From: an uncultured Gammaproteobacteria bacterium
GTDB taxonomy: Bacteria > Patescibacteriota > Microgenomatia > PFEM01 > JAPLYW01
Length of the DNA stretch: 64,000 bases
Direction: 5' to 3'
Assembly: GCA_965230945.1 (NCBI GenBank)
Contig: OZ246397.1
Location: forward strand, 239,701 to 303,700
The notes beneath the pieces were generated by a model. That model made no database searches. It was not told the DNA's origin and saw only the letters and a program-made list of their open reading frames with translations. A program made the translations under genes and the position numbers. Below are positions 26,922 through 38,072 of this stretch, piece after piece. Each line of letters begins with the position of its first letter. Positions within the stretch are counted from its first letter, which is position 1.

Positions 26922-27844
26922 TTTTCCTCCCTTAGCTTCCAATCAACACCTTTTTTCTTTAAGGCACTTCGAACCGTTTTAACAGATTTTTCACCAAGGT
27001 TTTTGACCTTAGCTAAATCTCCAGGAATAGCTCCTAATAAATCAGCAACTGTTCCGTAGCCGCTTTTTCTCAAAGCGTTAACGATCCTCGTTGGCAAATC
27101 AAGCTCTTCTAAGGTCAAACTGCTTACTTCAGCATCAACTAAAGCTTTCTTTTCTTTTTTAACCTTAACCTTTTTAGGCTGAACAAGCTGATTAAAAAAG
27201 GCAATCAAAAGCCTGGCACTTGACTTTAAAGCCTCTTTCGGTTTAATACTGCCATCGGTAGTAATTTCCATCACCAACTTATCAAAGTCGGTTCTCTGCC
27301 CCACACGGGTAGCTTCCACCTGATAGTTAACCCTTTTAATAGGGCTAAAGGCGGCATCAACCGGGATAACCCCCAGTTTATCTGACTTTCTTTCACTGGC
27401 CGGTAGATAACCAAAACCCCTCTCAACAAGAATCTCTGCCTTTAACTTATTATTCCTGCTTGAAAGATTAGCCAAGACATGATCCTTATTGACAATTTCC
27501 ACTCCGGCGGTAGTTTCAATATCGCCAGCCTTAACCTTGCCTGGGCCGGTCTTCTCCAGTTCTAACTTAACGGGTTTATGTCCATCATATTTAATCCTGA
27601 CCTCCTTAAGATTTAAAATAAACTCAACAATGTCTTCACTCATTCCTTCTAGAGTAGAGAATCTATGTTTGACACCGTTGATTTTAACTTGACTTATGGC
27701 TGTCCCAGGTAAACTGGTTAAAAGCACCCGACGCAAAGAATTACCCAAGGTTTGACCATAACCTTGCTCCAACGGCTCAATTATAAAACGACCAAAGTCA
27801 TTTTTATTTTCTTCGGTTTTGATACTAAAAAGCGTTTTAAGCAT
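26918..27844 (-). CDS. rpoA: DNA-directed RNA polymerase subunit alpha
   Basis: N-terminal dimerisation domain plus C-terminal domain (LEELDLPTRIVNALRKSGYGTVADL). Confidence 0.95.
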   Translation of the reverse strand: MLKTLFSIKTEENKNDFGRFIIEPLEQGYGQTLGNSLRRVLLTSLPGTAISQVKINGVKHRFSTLEGMSEDIVEFILNLKEVRIKYDGHKPVKLELEKTGPGKVKAGDIETTAGVEIVNKDHVLANLSSRNNKLKAEILVERGFGYLPASERKSDKLGVIPVDAAFSPIKRVNYQVEATRVGQRTDFDKLVMEITTDGSIKPKEALKSSARLLIAFFNQLVQPKKVKVKKEKKALVDAEVSSLTLEELDLPTRIVNALRKSGYGTVADLLGAIPGDLAKVKNLGEKSVKTVRSALKKKGVDWKLREEK

Positions 27845-27871
27845 TTTTTGCCTCCTTTGATATTTTAATTA

Positions 27872-28495
27872 TTAACGCGAATAATATTCAACTATTAATT
27901 GTTCTTCAATGTCACCTTCAATTTCTTTTCTTTCAGGCAGTCTTACCATCTGTCCCACAGCTGCCTTTTTCCTTAACCAAGCAGGCAGTTTTCCTTTGTC
28001 CGCCAAAGCTTTTTTAACTTCATCTATTTTTAAAGCCTTTCCATCCAAGCTCATCGTTTGTCCCGGCTTCACTTGATAAGAAGCTATATTAACCTTTTTA
28101 CCATCCACTAAAACGTGTTTATGGGAAACTAATTGTCTGGCCAAGCTTCTTGACGGAACAAATTTTAAACGATAAACAATATTATCCAATCTTGATTCTA
28201 ACATTTGCAGTAATCTCTCACCAGAATTTCCTTTGCTTCTAGCTACCTTTTGAAAATAATTTCTAAATTGTTTCTCTAAAACCCCATAAATTCTTTTTGC
28301 TTTTTGTTTTTCTCTTAGCTGTCGGCCATAGTCGCTGATGCGCGCTCTCGAAGTCTTTAATCCATGTTGCCCCGGCGGGACGGCCCCTTTTCGATCCAGT
28401 GGACAAGTTGGTGAATAACAACGATCACCCTTTAAAAAGAGTTTTGTTTTTTCGCGACGACATAATCTGCATTTAGGTCCTAGATATCTTGCCAT
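27872..28495 (-). CDS. rpsD: 30S ribosomal protein S4
   Basis: MARYLGPKCRLCRREKTKLFLKGDRC zinc motif and S4 domain. Confidence 0.95.
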   Translation of the reverse strand: MARYLGPKCRLCRREKTKLFLKGDRCYSPTCPLDRKGAVPPGQHGLKTSRARISDYGRQLREKQKAKRIYGVLEKQFRNYFQKVARSKGNSGERLLQMLESRLDNIVYRLKFVPSRSLARQLVSHKHVLVDGKKVNIASYQVKPGQTMSLDGKALKIDEVKKALADKGKLPAWLRKKAAVGQMVRLPERKEIEGDIEEQLIVEYYSR

Positions 28496-28497
28496 AT

Positions 28498-28839
28498 TTA
28501 TACTCTCCTTCTTTTCCTTGCCCGCGGCCCATTATGAGGAATAGGAGTAATATCAGCAATTAAGCTCATCTTAAGTCCTACCGCCTTCAAGGCCCGTAAA
28601 GCAGCATCTCTTCCCGGACCAGGTCCTTTAATATAAACTTCAACTTCTGTTACTCCTAAAGATTGGGCTTTCTTAGCTACTGAGTCAACAGCCGTAGTCG
28701 CTGCATAAGGAGTTGACTTTCTCGTTCCCTTAAACCCTAAAGTACCTGTTGATCCCCAGCATAGCGTATCACCTTTAGTATCAGTAAAGGTAACGACGGT
28801 ATTATTAAAAGTAGCACTGACAAAAACTTTGGCTTTCAT
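28498..28839 (-). CDS. rpsK: 30S ribosomal protein S11
   Basis: S11 family signature including the conserved C-terminal ...[13 protein letters not shown]. Confidence 0.95.
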   Translation of the reverse strand: MKAKVFVSATFNNTVVTFTDTKGDTLCWGSTGTLGFKGTRKSTPYAATTAVDSVAKKAQSLGVTEVEVYIKGPGPGRDAALRALKAVGLKMSLIADITPIPHNGPRARKRRRV

Positions 28840-28845
28840 TTTTAA

Positions 28846-29253
28846 TTATTCTTCTTGTTTTTCGCCTGTTCTCATTCTAGTTAAGTTATCTTTCTTCATG
28901 GCTCCGATGGTCCTTCGTTTCCCACGTTTAGTACGAGCGTTAGAACGAGTCCGCTGTCCTCTTACTGGCAATCCTGCATTATGACGATAACCGCGGTAAC
29001 AGCTAATGGACTTCAGCCTCTGAATATCCTCAGAGATCTTTTTACGCAGATCACCTTCAACTAAAAAGCTATCCAGAGCTTTGGTAATTCTAGACAGCTC
29101 CTCATCAGTTAACTTACCAATCTTTTTTCCTGCATCAACTTTAGCTGTTTTAAGTACTTCTAAAACATTTTTACGGCCCAAACCATAAATATAAGTCAAG
29201 CCGGTCTCGACTCTTTTATCCTCTGGTAAATCGATGCCTATAATTCTTCTCAT
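28846..29253 (-). CDS. rpsM: 30S ribosomal protein S13
   Basis: MRRIIGIDLPEDKRVETGLTYIYGLG signature. Confidence 0.95.
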   Translation of the reverse strand: MRRIIGIDLPEDKRVETGLTYIYGLGRKNVLEVLKTAKVDAGKKIGKLTDEELSRITKALDSFLVEGDLRKKISEDIQRLKSISCYRGYRHNAGLPVRGQRTRSNARTKRGKRRTIGAMKKDNLTRMRTGEKQEE

Positions 29254-29259
29254 CTTTAA

Positions 29260-29373
29260 TTAACCCTGCCTTTGTCTATGAGTAGGGTTTGGACAAATAA
29301 TAAATAGTTTGTTGCGGCGTCGTACGATTTTACATTTATTACAACGCTTCTTGACACTTGATTTAACTTTCAT
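29260..29373 (-). CDS. rpmJ: 50S ribosomal protein L36 (not in ORF track, 37 aa)
   Basis: Minus-strand translation [37 protein letters not shown] carries the L36 C-x2-C...C-x4-H zinc ribbon; sits between infA and rpsM as expected. Confidence 0.9.
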   Translation of the reverse strand: MKVKSSVKKRCNKCKIVRRRNKLFIICPNPTHRQRQG

Positions 29374-29374
29374 C

Positions 29375-29593
29375 TTAAAGCCTTCTTACAATCCTACCTT
29401 TTTCATCATCATAAGGTGTCATTTCCAGTTCAAGTTTATCACCTACCATAACCTTAATATGATATATTCTCATCTTGCCTGATAAATGACACAAAATAAT
29501 TCTCCCATCCTCTAGTTTTACCCTAAAAGTAGCATTCGGTAGAGCTTCTACAACTTCACCTTTTAATTCAATCTTCTTTTCCTGTTTAACCAT
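29375..29593 (-). CDS. infA: Translation initiation factor IF-1
   Basis: 72-aa S1-like OB fold, ...[24 protein letters not shown]... Confidence 0.95.
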   Translation of the reverse strand: MVKQEKKIELKGEVVEALPNATFRVKLEDGRIILCHLSGKMRIYHIKVMVGDKLELEMTPYDDEKGRIVRRL

Positions 29594-29644
29594 TTTTGGT
29601 CATTATATTTTATCAAACCTATAGCCTTTCGTCTAGAACCTAAA

Positions 29645-30397
29645 TTAAGTTGTCAAAATTACAGGCTTCTGCCCTCTGACAAGGACTGTATGTTCAAAAA
29701 GCCCGGCCAGTTTCTTATCAGTTGTTTCTACTGTCCAATTATCATCCTTTAAAGTTAGTTCCGGACTCCCTTGAACATAAATAATTTCAATAGCTAAAGT
29801 CATACCATCTCTAAGTAAATCTGTTTTTTCTAATCTCCCTGGTAAAAAACAAGGAATAATCGGCTCTTCGTGCAGTTTTTCACCAACACCATGTCCGGTT
29901 AGACTTTCTACCGGACGATAGCCTGCTTTTTTAATCTCTTTTTCAATTGCCTGAGAGATATGACCTACTCTTTTACCTGCCTTAGCTTGATTGATAGCCA
30001 TTCTTAAAGCTTTTTTGCCGGTCTCTAAAAAATGCTTTTTTCTCTTGTCTTCACTTTCACCAACTAAAACCGTGGTGGCCATATCAGTATGCAGTTCTTT
30101 GTAAAAGATACCCACATCAATACTTAAAAGATCTGCTTTTTTTAATTTGTAATCACTGGGGATGCCATGAACGACGCCCTGATTAATGTTTAAACAAGTT
30201 GCCCAGTGATAACCAGATACCATTTTAAAAGAAGCTTTCCCTCTCTGATCCTTAATCAATTTCGCCGTTAAATTCTCTAAAGAGGATAAAGACTTGCCAA
30301 CAGCAACCTCTTTTTGAACCTGCCTCAAAACCTCAGCTAATCTCTTGCCTCCCTCAATCATCAAACTTAGCTGCTTTTGGTTTTTAATGGGTATCAT
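29645..30397 (-). CDS. map: Type I methionine aminopeptidase
   Basis: MetAP pita-bread fold and metal ligands (D..D..H..E..E pattern). Confidence 0.9.
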   Translation of the reverse strand: MIPIKNQKQLSLMIEGGKRLAEVLRQVQKEVAVGKSLSSLENLTAKLIKDQRGKASFKMVSGYHWATCLNINQGVVHGIPSDYKLKKADLLSIDVGIFYKELHTDMATTVLVGESEDKRKKHFLETGKKALRMAINQAKAGKRVGHISQAIEKEIKKAGYRPVESLTGHGVGEKLHEEPIIPCFLPGRLEKTDLLRDGMTLAIEIIYVQGSPELTLKDDNWTVETTDKKLAGLFEHTVLVRGQKPVILTT

Positions 30398-30400
30398 TAG

Positions 30401-30934
30401 CTAATCTAAATCAAGTTTTCTTAAAATATCTTGATGGATTTTTTCAATTTCTCTTTCTCCATCAATTTCAAGTAAAATTCCTTTTTCTTTGTAAAAATCT
30501 AAGACTTGTTTAGTCTCTTCATGATAGACATTTAATCTTTCTTTAATAGCTTCTCCTGTATCATCTTTTCTTCCTCTTTTAAATAATCTTTTTTTACTTT
30601 CTTCATCAGAAACATTAATATACAAAACCTTTTCTAATTCAAAATCAAACTCTTGAGCTTGTTCGACATTTCTTGGAAAACCATCGATAACTACCCCATC
30701 CTCATAAGAAGATGATTTCAATTGTTCATTTAAAATCCTTAAAGTTAATTCATCATCAACTAAAGTTCCTTCTTCCATGGCTTTTTTTATTTCTTTTGCT
30801 TCCTCAGTATCCGCTTTAGAAATATAAGAGAGTAAATTACCAACAGTTAAACAAGGAACACCTAAAAATTCAGCTAACATTTTAGCCTGAGTTGATTTAC
30901 CTGATCCTGGTGGTCCTAAAACAATAAAATTCAT
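30401..30934 (-). CDS. adk: Adenylate kinase (short type, no zinc LID)
   Basis: P-loop GPPGSGKSTQ and the NMP-binding region. Confidence 0.9.
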   Translation of the reverse strand: MNFIVLGPPGSGKSTQAKMLAEFLGVPCLTVGNLLSYISKADTEEAKEIKKAMEEGTLVDDELTLRILNEQLKSSSYEDGVVIDGFPRNVEQAQEFDFELEKVLYINVSDEESKKRLFKRGRKDDTGEAIKERLNVYHEETKQVLDFYKEKGILLEIDGEREIEKIHQDILRKLDLD

Positions 30935-32221
30935 CTATTTGGTAAAAGTATCATAACTACGCATGACCATCATCGATTCTAGCTGTCTAGTAGTTTCTAA
31001 AATTACCGAGACAACAATAAGAATTCCTGTTCCTCCTAAACTCATCGTCGCTACCTTGGTTAGACCCTGAGCAATTGAAGGCAGAATGGCAATAAAACCT
31101 AAGAAAATGGCGCCTACCAAAGTAATCCTGCTGAGAATTCTATTCAGATAATTAGCCGTTGGCGAACCCGGCCTGATCCCAGGTATAAAGCCGCCATACT
31201 TCTTAATCTCCTCGGCAACCTTTTTAGGATTAAAGACCACCGCCGTGTAAAAGTAAGCAAAACCAATAACCAGTAAGAAATAAATAAGATTATAAAAAAA
31301 CCCATCAGGTCTAAAAAATCTAGTTACTCCTAAAGCAAATCTAGCCACAAGGTCATTAGGTACTCCTTGTAAAAAGTTAGCCACCATCGAAGGTAAGAGA
31401 ACTAAAGAAACAGCAAAAATAATGGGGATGACACCTGCTTGATTAATTTTTAAAGGCAGGTAAGTGGATTGACCTCCATACATTTTCTGTCCACTAATAC
31501 GACGCGCGTATTGAATTCTTATCTTTCGAGAAGCTTCATTAATAAAAACAATACCAGCAATGACAGCAACTCCCATAATGGCAAAAATTAAAATATTAAA
31601 GGCATTCTCAGGGCTAATAATGGCGGCCGTTTGTCCAAAAGAAACCGGAATTCGCCCGACGATACCAGCAAAAATAATCATGGAAATACCATTGCCAATT
31701 CCTTTTTCAGAAATTAATTCTCCCAGCCACATCAAAAAGACCGTCCCTGCCACCATGGTAACCACCATAGTTAAAAGCCTCAAAGGATCCAGGCTAGGAA
31801 TAATCTGTTGATTCTTTAACAAGGCATACATACCGAGAGATTGCATGGCTGCTAGAGGTATGGTAGCCGTCCTAATATATTGGTTAATTTTTTTCTGCCC
31901 ATATTCACCCTCTTTAGAAAGAGCTTCTAATTTAGGAATGACCATCGTTAGTAATTGAAAAATAATGGAGGCATTAATGTAGGGGTTTAAACCCAAGGCC
32001 ATAATGGAAAAATTGGCCAAGGTCCCTCCAGAAAAAATATCCAGAAGGCCCAAAAGCTGGTTTTTAGCAAAAAGACTACGCAAGGCAACGACATCTACTG
32101 CCGGAATCGGAATATGAGCAGCTAAACGGAAAACTACAAAAATGAAAGCTGTGAATAAAAGACGCCGGCGAAGCTCGGGAATCTTCCAAGCATTAACAAT
32201 AGTTCTAATTATTTGATTCAT
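30935..32221 (-). CDS. secY: Preprotein translocase subunit SecY
   Basis: Ten-TM SecY family; start overlaps the rplO 3' end. Confidence 0.95.
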   Translation of the reverse strand: MNQIIRTIVNAWKIPELRRRLLFTAFIFVVFRLAAHIPIPAVDVVALRSLFAKNQLLGLLDIFSGGTLANFSIMALGLNPYINASIIFQLLTMVIPKLEALSKEGEYGQKKINQYIRTATIPLAAMQSLGMYALLKNQQIIPSLDPLRLLTMVVTMVAGTVFLMWLGELISEKGIGNGISMIIFAGIVGRIPVSFGQTAAIISPENAFNILIFAIMGVAVIAGIVFINEASRKIRIQYARRISGQKMYGGQSTYLPLKINQAGVIPIIFAVSLVLLPSMVANFLQGVPNDLVARFALGVTRFFRPDGFFYNLIYFLLVIGFAYFYTAVVFNPKKVAEEIKKYGGFIPGIRPGSPTANYLNRILSRITLVGAIFLGFIAILPSIAQGLTKVATMSLGGTGILIVVSVILETTRQLESMMVMRSYDTFTK

Positions 32222-32681
32222 CTTTTACTTTTTTACTAAGAACTTGTCCGCCAGCCTGCTTAATCTTTTTAATGGCTGCTTTAGAACAAGGCAAAGCAAC
32301 TTCTAAGGAGACCTTAAGATCGCCATCGCCTAGGATTTTAACTCCAGACTTTTGAGTATCTTTACCTTCAACGATTCCCATCTTAGCCAAACTTAACAAA
32401 TCAACTTTACTATCTTTTTTAAATAAATTAAGATAGTAAAGATTAATTGGCAAAGGTTTGTTTTTAACAGATTTTGACTTTCCTTTTCCGCGCCTAAGCG
32501 GCAATTTTTTAAGTAATGACTTTTTAATTTTAGTTCCCTCAAAAGTCAAAGGAATTTTACCCCTTGCCTTGGCCCCTTTAGAACCACGACCGACAGTATG
32601 GCCTCCTTTACCTGAACCATAACCTCGCCCCAATCTTTTTTTAGATCTCTTGGTGCTTTTTTTTAAATTATTAAGCTCCAT
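32205..32681 (-). CDS. rplO: 50S ribosomal protein L15
   Basis: Gly/Arg-rich N-terminus [17 protein letters not shown]15 family. Confidence 0.9.
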   Translation of the reverse strand: MELNNLKKSTKRSKKRLGRGYGSGKGGHTVGRGSKGAKARGKIPLTFEGTKIKKSLLKKLPLRRGKGKSKSVKNKPLPINLYYLNLFKKDSKVDLLSLAKMGIVEGKDTQKSGVKILGDGDLKVSLEVALPCSKAAIKKIKQAGGQVLSKKVKDESNN

Positions 32682-32683
32682 CG

Positions 32684-33151
32684 TTATTTTTTAACCTCCT
32701 TTTTACATAAACCATCTAGCTTTTTTAAAGCCTCTATAGTGGCATAAACATTACTTGCCTTGTTATTGGTACCTAAGATTTTAGCTACCACATCACGTAT
32801 GCCTGCTAATTCTACGACCATCCTCACCGGTCCTCCAGCAATAAGACCTGTTCCTTCTGGGGCTGGTTTAATTATAATCCTAGCCGCTCCTTTTTTCATT
32901 CTTACTTCATAGGGGATGGTTGTCTTTTTTAATGGGACTTCAATTAAATTCTTTCTAGCTTTGCTCATCCCTTTTTTAATAGCGCCTCTAACATCTAAAG
33001 CCTTCCCCAAGCCAACACCAACCTTGCCTTTTCTATCGCCAATAACCGCTAGAACAGAAAAACCAATTCGATTGCCTCCTTTTGTTTTTTTAGAAACACG
33101 ACTTATTTGGACAATTTTCTCTTCAAATTCTTTTACTTGATTTCCGTACAT
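32684..33151 (-). CDS. rpsE: 30S ribosomal protein S5 (directly followed by L15: no L30 gene)
   Basis: S5 dsRBD plus C-terminal domain (GIRDVVAKILGTNN). Confidence 0.95.
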   Translation of the reverse strand: MYGNQVKEFEEKIVQISRVSKKTKGGNRIGFSVLAVIGDRKGKVGVGLGKALDVRGAIKKGMSKARKNLIEVPLKKTTIPYEVRMKKGAARIIIKPAPEGTGLIAGGPVRMVVELAGIRDVVAKILGTNNKASNVYATIEALKKLDGLCKKEVKK

Positions 33152-33474
33152 TAAAAATCTAAACCTCCTTTTCTGGCTGCTTCAGCCAAGACTTTGATGC
33201 GCCCGTGGTACTTATAAAAACGGCGATCAAATCTAATTTTTTTAATACCTGCTTTTTGCGCTCTTTGAGCTAAAAGCTCACCAACTAAAGCCGCTTTCTC
33301 TCTTTTGGTCATTTCCTCCTTTAGACTTTTTTTACCTAAATCTTTTTCCTTAGCAGATACTAAAGTCAGACCCTTATCATCATCAATGATCTGGGCATAG
33401 ATATATTTATTGGAACGGAAAACCGCCAATCGAAAACGTTTGTCTTTAATGATTTTTTTATTTTCTTTTGTCAT
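33151..33474 (-). CDS. rplR: 50S ribosomal protein L18
   Basis: [18 protein letters not shown] signature. Confidence 0.9.
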   Translation of the reverse strand: MTKENKKIIKDKRFRLAVFRSNKYIYAQIIDDDKGLTLVSAKEKDLGKKSLKEEMTKREKAALVGELLAQRAQKAGIKKIRFDRRFYKYHGRIKVLAEAARKGGLDF

Positions 33475-34043
33475 TATTTTTCTCCACCAATACCGACGGC
33501 TCCTGCCCTACCAGCTTTACCAGCCTTTCTTCTTACCTGCTCATCTTCATAACGAATACCTTTGCCCTTATAGGGTTCCGGTGGCCGGAAACTGCGAATC
33601 TGCGCGGCTATTTGCCCCACCAAAGCTTTATCAATTCCGGAAACGACAACCACATTATTACCTTGAACTTCAAATTTAACCCCTTGAGGAGATTCCATCT
33701 CCACCGGATGAGAAAAACCCAAAGAAAAGATTAATTTATTACCTTCCAGTTTCACTCTATAACCCGTTCCCACTATTTTCAAAGTTTTACTAAACCCATT
33801 AGTAACCCCCTCAACCATATTGGCAATCAAGGTTCTCCCTAAGCCATGCAAAGCCCTCATTCTTTTTTCTTCTGTTTTTTTATTAATCAGTAAAATTCGT
33901 TTGTCTTTAATTTCTAACTTTAAACCGAAAGGTATTTTATAAGTTAAACTTCCCTTAGGACCTGAGACCTCTATCTGATGGCCTTCAAGCTTAACGTTAA
34001 CATCCTCTGGAATAATAATTGGTTTTTCCCCAATTCTGCTCAT
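33474..34043 (-). CDS. rplF: 50S ribosomal protein L6
   Basis: [21 protein letters not shown]...; two L6 domains. Confidence 0.95.
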   Translation of the reverse strand: MSRIGEKPIIIPEDVNVKLEGHQIEVSGPKGSLTYKIPFGLKLEIKDKRILLINKKTEEKRMRALHGLGRTLIANMVEGVTNGFSKTLKIVGTGYRVKLEGNKLIFSLGFSHPVEMESPQGVKFEVQGNNVVVVSGIDKALVGQIAAQIRSFRPPEPYKGKGIRYEDEQVRRKAGKAGRAGAVGIGGEK

Positions 34044-34059
34044 AATCTATCTCCTTTAA

Positions 34060-34458
34060 TTACCAAATTTGGCAAATAACCTCTCCGCCAAGATTGCTTT
34101 CCTTAGCTTGTCTATTTGTCATCAATCCTTGAGGAGTAGAAACAATGGTAATCCCTCTTCCTTCTTTAACATAAGGAATCTTTTTAGCCCTAGCATAAAT
34201 TCTTACCCCTGGCTTGGAAATTCTTTTAACCTCTGTTAAAACCGGACGATGAGACTTGTATTTTAAAGTAAGTTTTAATTTATTAAAACCTTTCTCTTCA
34301 TCTTCTGTCTTAACTGATTTAAGATAGCCTTCTTTGACCAAAATCTGGGCAATTTCATTTAACATTTTAGAAAAATCAGTAACCACCGTTTTCTTACCGG
34401 CTAAATAGGCATTTTTTATTCTGATGAGCATATCAGCAATTGGATCTGTATTTACCAT
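34060..34458 (-). CDS. rpsH: 30S ribosomal protein S8
   Basis: [13 protein letters not shown] signature. Confidence 0.95.
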   Translation of the reverse strand: MVNTDPIADMLIRIKNAYLAGKKTVVTDFSKMLNEIAQILVKEGYLKSVKTEDEEKGFNKLKLTLKYKSHRPVLTEVKRISKPGVRIYARAKKIPYVKEGRGITIVSTPQGLMTNRQAKESNLGGEVICQIW

Positions 34459-34658
34459 GATGATTTAGTTACTCCCGGCAACTCTCCTTTATTGGCTAAT
34501 TCTCGAAAACAAATTCTGCATAAACCAAAAAGGCGCATGTAAGCTCTGGGGCGTCCACAAAGCCTGCAGCGGTTATGCTGCCGCGTCGAATATTTTGCTT
34601 TCTTCTGGTTTTTTACCATTTTTGATGTTTTAGACATTCTACCTTCTACCTTTCTCAA
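34452..34658 (-). CDS. rpsZ: 30S ribosomal protein S14 type Z (zinc-binding)
   Basis: 68 aa with [25 protein letters not shown]. Confidence 0.95.
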   Translation of the reverse strand: MRKVEGRMSKTSKMVKNQKKAKYSTRQHNRCRLCGRPRAYMRLFGLCRICFRELANKGELPGVTKSSW

Positions 34659-35187
34659 ACGGCATTCCTAGCTCAACTAACAATCGCTTAGCTTTCTCAT
34701 CATCACCAGCATTGGTAACAAAGGTAATTTGTAAACCCCGAACTTTATCAATCTTAGCATAATCAACTTCTGGAAAAACAATCTGTTCTCTAATGCCTAA
34801 ATTATAATTACCTTGACCATCAAAACCCTTTAAAGAGACTCCCTTAAAGTCGCGCAGTCTCGGTAAAACAATCTTAAATAGTTTTTCCAAAAAGATATAC
34901 ATTCTTTTCCCTCTTAAGTTAACCACCAAACCGATAACATCCCCCTCCCTTAATTTAAATCCGGCAATAGACAAACGAGCCTTGGCTAATTTAGGCTTTT
35001 GTCCAGTAATAGCTTGTAAATCTGCGGATGCTTTCTCAATAATTTTTTTATCTTCTGTGGCCTCACCAATACCCATATTAACAACCACCTTTTCCACTCT
35101 AGGAACAGCCAAAACACTTTTAAGCTTAAATTTCTTAACTAGCTTTGCTTTAATTTCCTTTTGATATCTCTCTTCCAAGTTAGTCAT
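34639..35187 (-). CDS. rplE: 50S ribosomal protein L5
   Basis: [16 protein letters not shown]...VNMGIGEA. I prefer the ATG at 35187; the track's ATG at 35208 adds 7 residues. Confidence 0.9.
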   Translation of the reverse strand: MTNLEERYQKEIKAKLVKKFKLKSVLAVPRVEKVVVNMGIGEATEDKKIIEKASADLQAITGQKPKLAKARLSIAGFKLREGDVIGLVVNLRGKRMYIFLEKLFKIVLPRLRDFKGVSLKGFDGQGNYNLGIREQIVFPEVDYAKIDKVRGLQITFVTNAGDDEKAKRLLVELGMPFEKGRR

Positions 35188-35189
35188 TC

Positions 35190-35495
35190 TTATAATATAG
35201 CTCCACATTTTTTACAAAGGCGCTGTTTTTCTCCTTTACTAAGCTGAAAGCCTACTCTTGTCTTCTTATCACATTTGGGACATAAAAGAGCCACATTGGC
35301 TGCTGACAAAGGCATTACCTTATCAATAATGCCTCCCGGCTTACCTTGACCTTGAGGCTTGATATGTCTTTTGTAAATATTAACTCCCGGGACTAAAACT
35401 TTGTCTAATTTAGGAAAAACTTTATCAATTTTCCCTTTTCGACCTTTGTCTTTACCCCTAATAATAATGATTTTGTCACCTTTTTTTAACTTCAT
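35190..35495 (-). CDS. rplX: 50S ribosomal protein L24
   Basis: KOW motif [18 protein letters not shown] plus a C-terminal zinc-ribbon-like CPKC...CKKCG. Confidence 0.9.
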   Translation of the reverse strand: MKLKKGDKIIIIRGKDKGRKGKIDKVFPKLDKVLVPGVNIYKRHIKPQGQGKPGGIIDKVMPLSAANVALLCPKCDKKTRVGFQLSKGEKQRLCKKCGAIL

Positions 35496-35860
35496 ATAAG
35501 CTCCGGTGCTAAAGACGCTATTTTTGCATAACCTTTATCTTTTATTTCCCGAGCAACTGGACCAAAAATACGAGTTCCTCTAGGATTACCATCTTTATCA
35601 ATAATAATAACTGCATTATCGTCAAAACGAACATAGGAGCCATCTTCTCTTTTAAATTCTTTTTTAGTACGAACAATTAAAGCTTTAACCATTTCTTTAT
35701 CTTTTACCACCCCATTAGGATCAGCCTGGTCAACAGTAGCCAAAACAACATCGCCAATTCTAGAAAAACGGCGTTTTGAACCACCGTAAAGATGAATAAC
35801 CATCAATCTTTTGGCACCACTATTATCGGCCGGCTTAACAATACTTCTCAGTTGAATCAT
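35492..35860 (-). CDS. rplN: 50S ribosomal protein L14
   Basis: [17 protein letters not shown] signature. Confidence 0.95.
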   Translation of the reverse strand: MIQLRSIVKPADNSGAKRLMVIHLYGGSKRRFSRIGDVVLATVDQADPNGVVKDKEMVKALIVRTKKEFKREDGSYVRFDDNAVIIIDKDGNPRGTRIFGPVAREIKDKGYAKIASLAPELI

Positions 35861-35862
35861 AA

Positions 35863-36099
35863 TTACTTTTTCTTTTTAATAATCTCTGTAATTTTCCATT
35901 TTTTGGTTTTACTAATCGGTCGGCAATCTTGAAACCTAACCTTATCATTTATCTTAACTCCCATCTCATCATGAACATGATAAATCCTCCTTGCCTTAGT
36001 TCTCTTCTTATAAAGAGGGTGAACCTTAATCTTGGTTACTAAAACTTTAGCCGTTTTAGGCATTTTAGTGCCGACAACAAGACCACTAAATTGCTTCAT
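35863..36099 (-). CDS. rpsQ: 30S ribosomal protein S17
   Basis: OB-fold S17; order rpmC-rpsQ-rplN conserved. Confidence 0.9.
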   Translation of the reverse strand: MKQFSGLVVGTKMPKTAKVLVTKIKVHPLYKKRTKARRIYHVHDEMGVKINDKVRFQDCRPISKTKKWKITEIIKKKK

Positions 36100-36299
36100 A
36101 AACCTAGCTCCTTTTCTCTAATAATAGCCTTAATCTTAGCTAAATCACGTCTTTTATCACCTAAAGTATGGACATTTTTTAATTTTGCCGTTTTTTTATC
36201 CATTCTTAATTTAAAAATCTCTTCATCAATTTTCTTAGCTAAATCTTTTAAATCTTTTAAATCTTTACTGTGTAGTTCTTGAAATTCTTTCTTTTTCAT
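36096..36299 (-). CDS. rpmC: 50S ribosomal protein L29
   Basis: 67-aa helical protein; position and KEL..L...L...L.KL pattern. Confidence 0.85.
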   Translation of the reverse strand: MKKKEFQELHSKDLKDLKDLAKKIDEEIFKLRMDKKTAKLKNVHTLGDKRRDLAKIKAIIREKELGL

Positions 36300-36301
36300 C
36301 T

Positions 36302-36712
36302 TTATTCTTGTTTACTTATAATTTTAACCTTAAAAGGTAGTTTTGCGGCCGCCCTCTTCAAAGCCTGGGAAGCAATATCCTTTGGCACTCCAGCTAATTC
36401 AAAAATTACCTTACCGGGAACAATAGGCACCACAAAAGATTCAATATCACCTTTGCCGCCACCCATTCTGACACCAGTTGGTTTTTTAGTAATTGGTTTA
36501 TCCGGAAAAACTCTAATCCAGACCTTACCAGCCCTTTTGGTATGATGAGAAATCGCTTTTCGAGCCGCTTCTATCTGACGATCAGTTAACCAACTTCGAC
36601 CCAAGCTTTTAAGTCCATACTCTCCAAAAGAAAGACGACTGTCCCTTGAGACAAAGCCTCTCATTTTACCACGAAACTGTTTTTTATACTTACTTTTTCT
36701 TGGTTGCAGCAT
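36302..36712 (-). CDS. rplP: 50S ribosomal protein L16
   Basis: MLQPRKSKYKKQFRGKMRG signature. Confidence 0.95.
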   Translation of the reverse strand: MLQPRKSKYKKQFRGKMRGFVSRDSRLSFGEYGLKSLGRSWLTDRQIEAARKAISHHTKRAGKVWIRVFPDKPITKKPTGVRMGGGKGDIESFVVPIVPGKVIFELAGVPKDIASQALKRAAAKLPFKVKIISKQE

Positions 36713-36717
36713 AAATT

Positions 36718-37383
36718 TTAAGCAGTCTCCTCCTTTTCACCCCTATAAATCCAAACTTTAACCCCTATATAGCCTGACCTTGTCAGGGCTGGCACACTGG
36801 CATAATCAATATTAGCCCGCAAGGTCTGAGCAGGAATATTACCTGTTTTGCCCTTATCGCCAAATTTTTCCGTACGACTAATTTCAGCTCCGTTAATTCT
36901 CCCTGATAAAACAACTTTAACTCCCTTTGCTCCAGCAGCCATGACGTTTTCAATGGTCCGACTAACTACTCTTCTATGGGGGAATCTCTTCTCTAGCTGC
37001 TCAGCAATCCTCGAAGCCACTAAAAAGGCGACCAGATCAGGATTTTTAATTTCTACTGCTTCTATCTCTAGATTCTTTTCTGGTTGAGCCATGGTAACCA
37101 TCTGACAAAGTTCTTTTTTAAGAGTCTCTAATCCTGAACCACCACGACCAATAACTACCCCAGGCCGGCTAACAGGCAAGATAATCTTCATCTTGTTAAT
37201 TGAGCGTTCTATTTGAACCTGAGCGATCCCCGCCAATTTTAGTTTCTCCATTAGAAACCTTCTCACCTTAACATCTTCAAGAAGATCATGTTGGTATTGC
37301 TTCTTATCCACTGAAAACCAACGTGATTTCCAGTTTTTCAAATCTGGCAATCTAAAACTGTTAGGATTAACTTTTTGTCCCAT
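36718..37383 (-). CDS. rpsC: 30S ribosomal protein S3
   Basis: MGQKVNPNSFRL... with KH and S3-C domains. Confidence 0.95.
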   Translation of the reverse strand: MGQKVNPNSFRLPDLKNWKSRWFSVDKKQYQHDLLEDVKVRRFLMEKLKLAGIAQVQIERSINKMKIILPVSRPGVVIGRGGSGLETLKKELCQMVTMAQPEKNLEIEAVEIKNPDLVAFLVASRIAEQLEKRFPHRRVVSRTIENVMAAGAKGVKVVLSGRINGAEISRTEKFGDKGKTGNIPAQTLRANIDYASVPALTRSGYIGVKVWIYRGEKEETA

Positions 37384-37780
37384 TCTTTTTGACGCTCCTT
37401 TCTTTTTTAACTGTCCCCTTATCTATTCCTTTGTTTTCTTTTGGTCTTTGCTTACCTTCAAGAATCATTCTAATATGACTGGTTCTTTTTAAAATCTGAT
37501 GCCAATAGCCTCTGGAACCAGGCCGACCTCTTTTAAGTGTCGGTCCTTCACCAATTTCTAAGCTTTTAACTACCAGGCTTTCTTTAACTAAATCAGAGTT
37601 TTTGACGGCATTAGCCACAGCCTGCTTCAAAGTTAAAAGCAGTGGTTGGGTAGCTCTCTTATTCAAGCCAACTAAGATTTTTTCTGCTTGGACAACCGGC
37701 AAACCACGCACCACATTAGCCACTAATCTTAATTTGCGAGGGCTCGTTCTAATATATTTACTTTTAGCAACAATTTCCAT
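37367..37780 (-). CDS. rplV: 50S ribosomal protein L22
   Basis: MEIVAKSKYIRTSPRKLRLVANVVRG signature. Confidence 0.95.
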   Translation of the reverse strand: MEIVAKSKYIRTSPRKLRLVANVVRGLPVVQAEKILVGLNKRATQPLLLTLKQAVANAVKNSDLVKESLVVKSLEIGEGPTLKRGRPGSRGYWHQILKRTSHIRMILEGKQRPKENKGIDKGTVKKERSVKKNGTKS

Positions 37781-37785
37781 ATTTT

Positions 37786-38070
37786 TTAAGTTTTACTAAT
37801 AATTCGCTTGACCACCTTACCGTGGCCTCTAAAAGTCCTCGTTGGCGCAAATTCACCTAAACGATGTCCAACCATTTCCTCACTTATAAAAACATCAATA
37901 AAAATCTTACCGTTATGGACCTGAAAAGTATGATTAATAAACTCCGGTGGAATTTGACTAGATCGGGCCCAAGTCTTAATGGCTTCTTTTTTACCTGATT
38001 TTTTTTGAGCCATTACCTTCTTAAGTAACTTTTGGTCAATATGAGGTCCCTTTTTACTTGATCTTGACAT
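37786..38070 (-). CDS. rpsS: 30S ribosomal protein S19
   Basis: [19 protein letters not shown]... signature. Confidence 0.95.
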   Translation of the reverse strand: MSRSSKKGPHIDQKLLKKVMAQKKSGKKEAIKTWARSSQIPPEFINHTFQVHNGKIFIDVFISEEMVGHRLGEFAPTRTFRGHGKVVKRIISKT

Positions 38071-38072
38071 AA

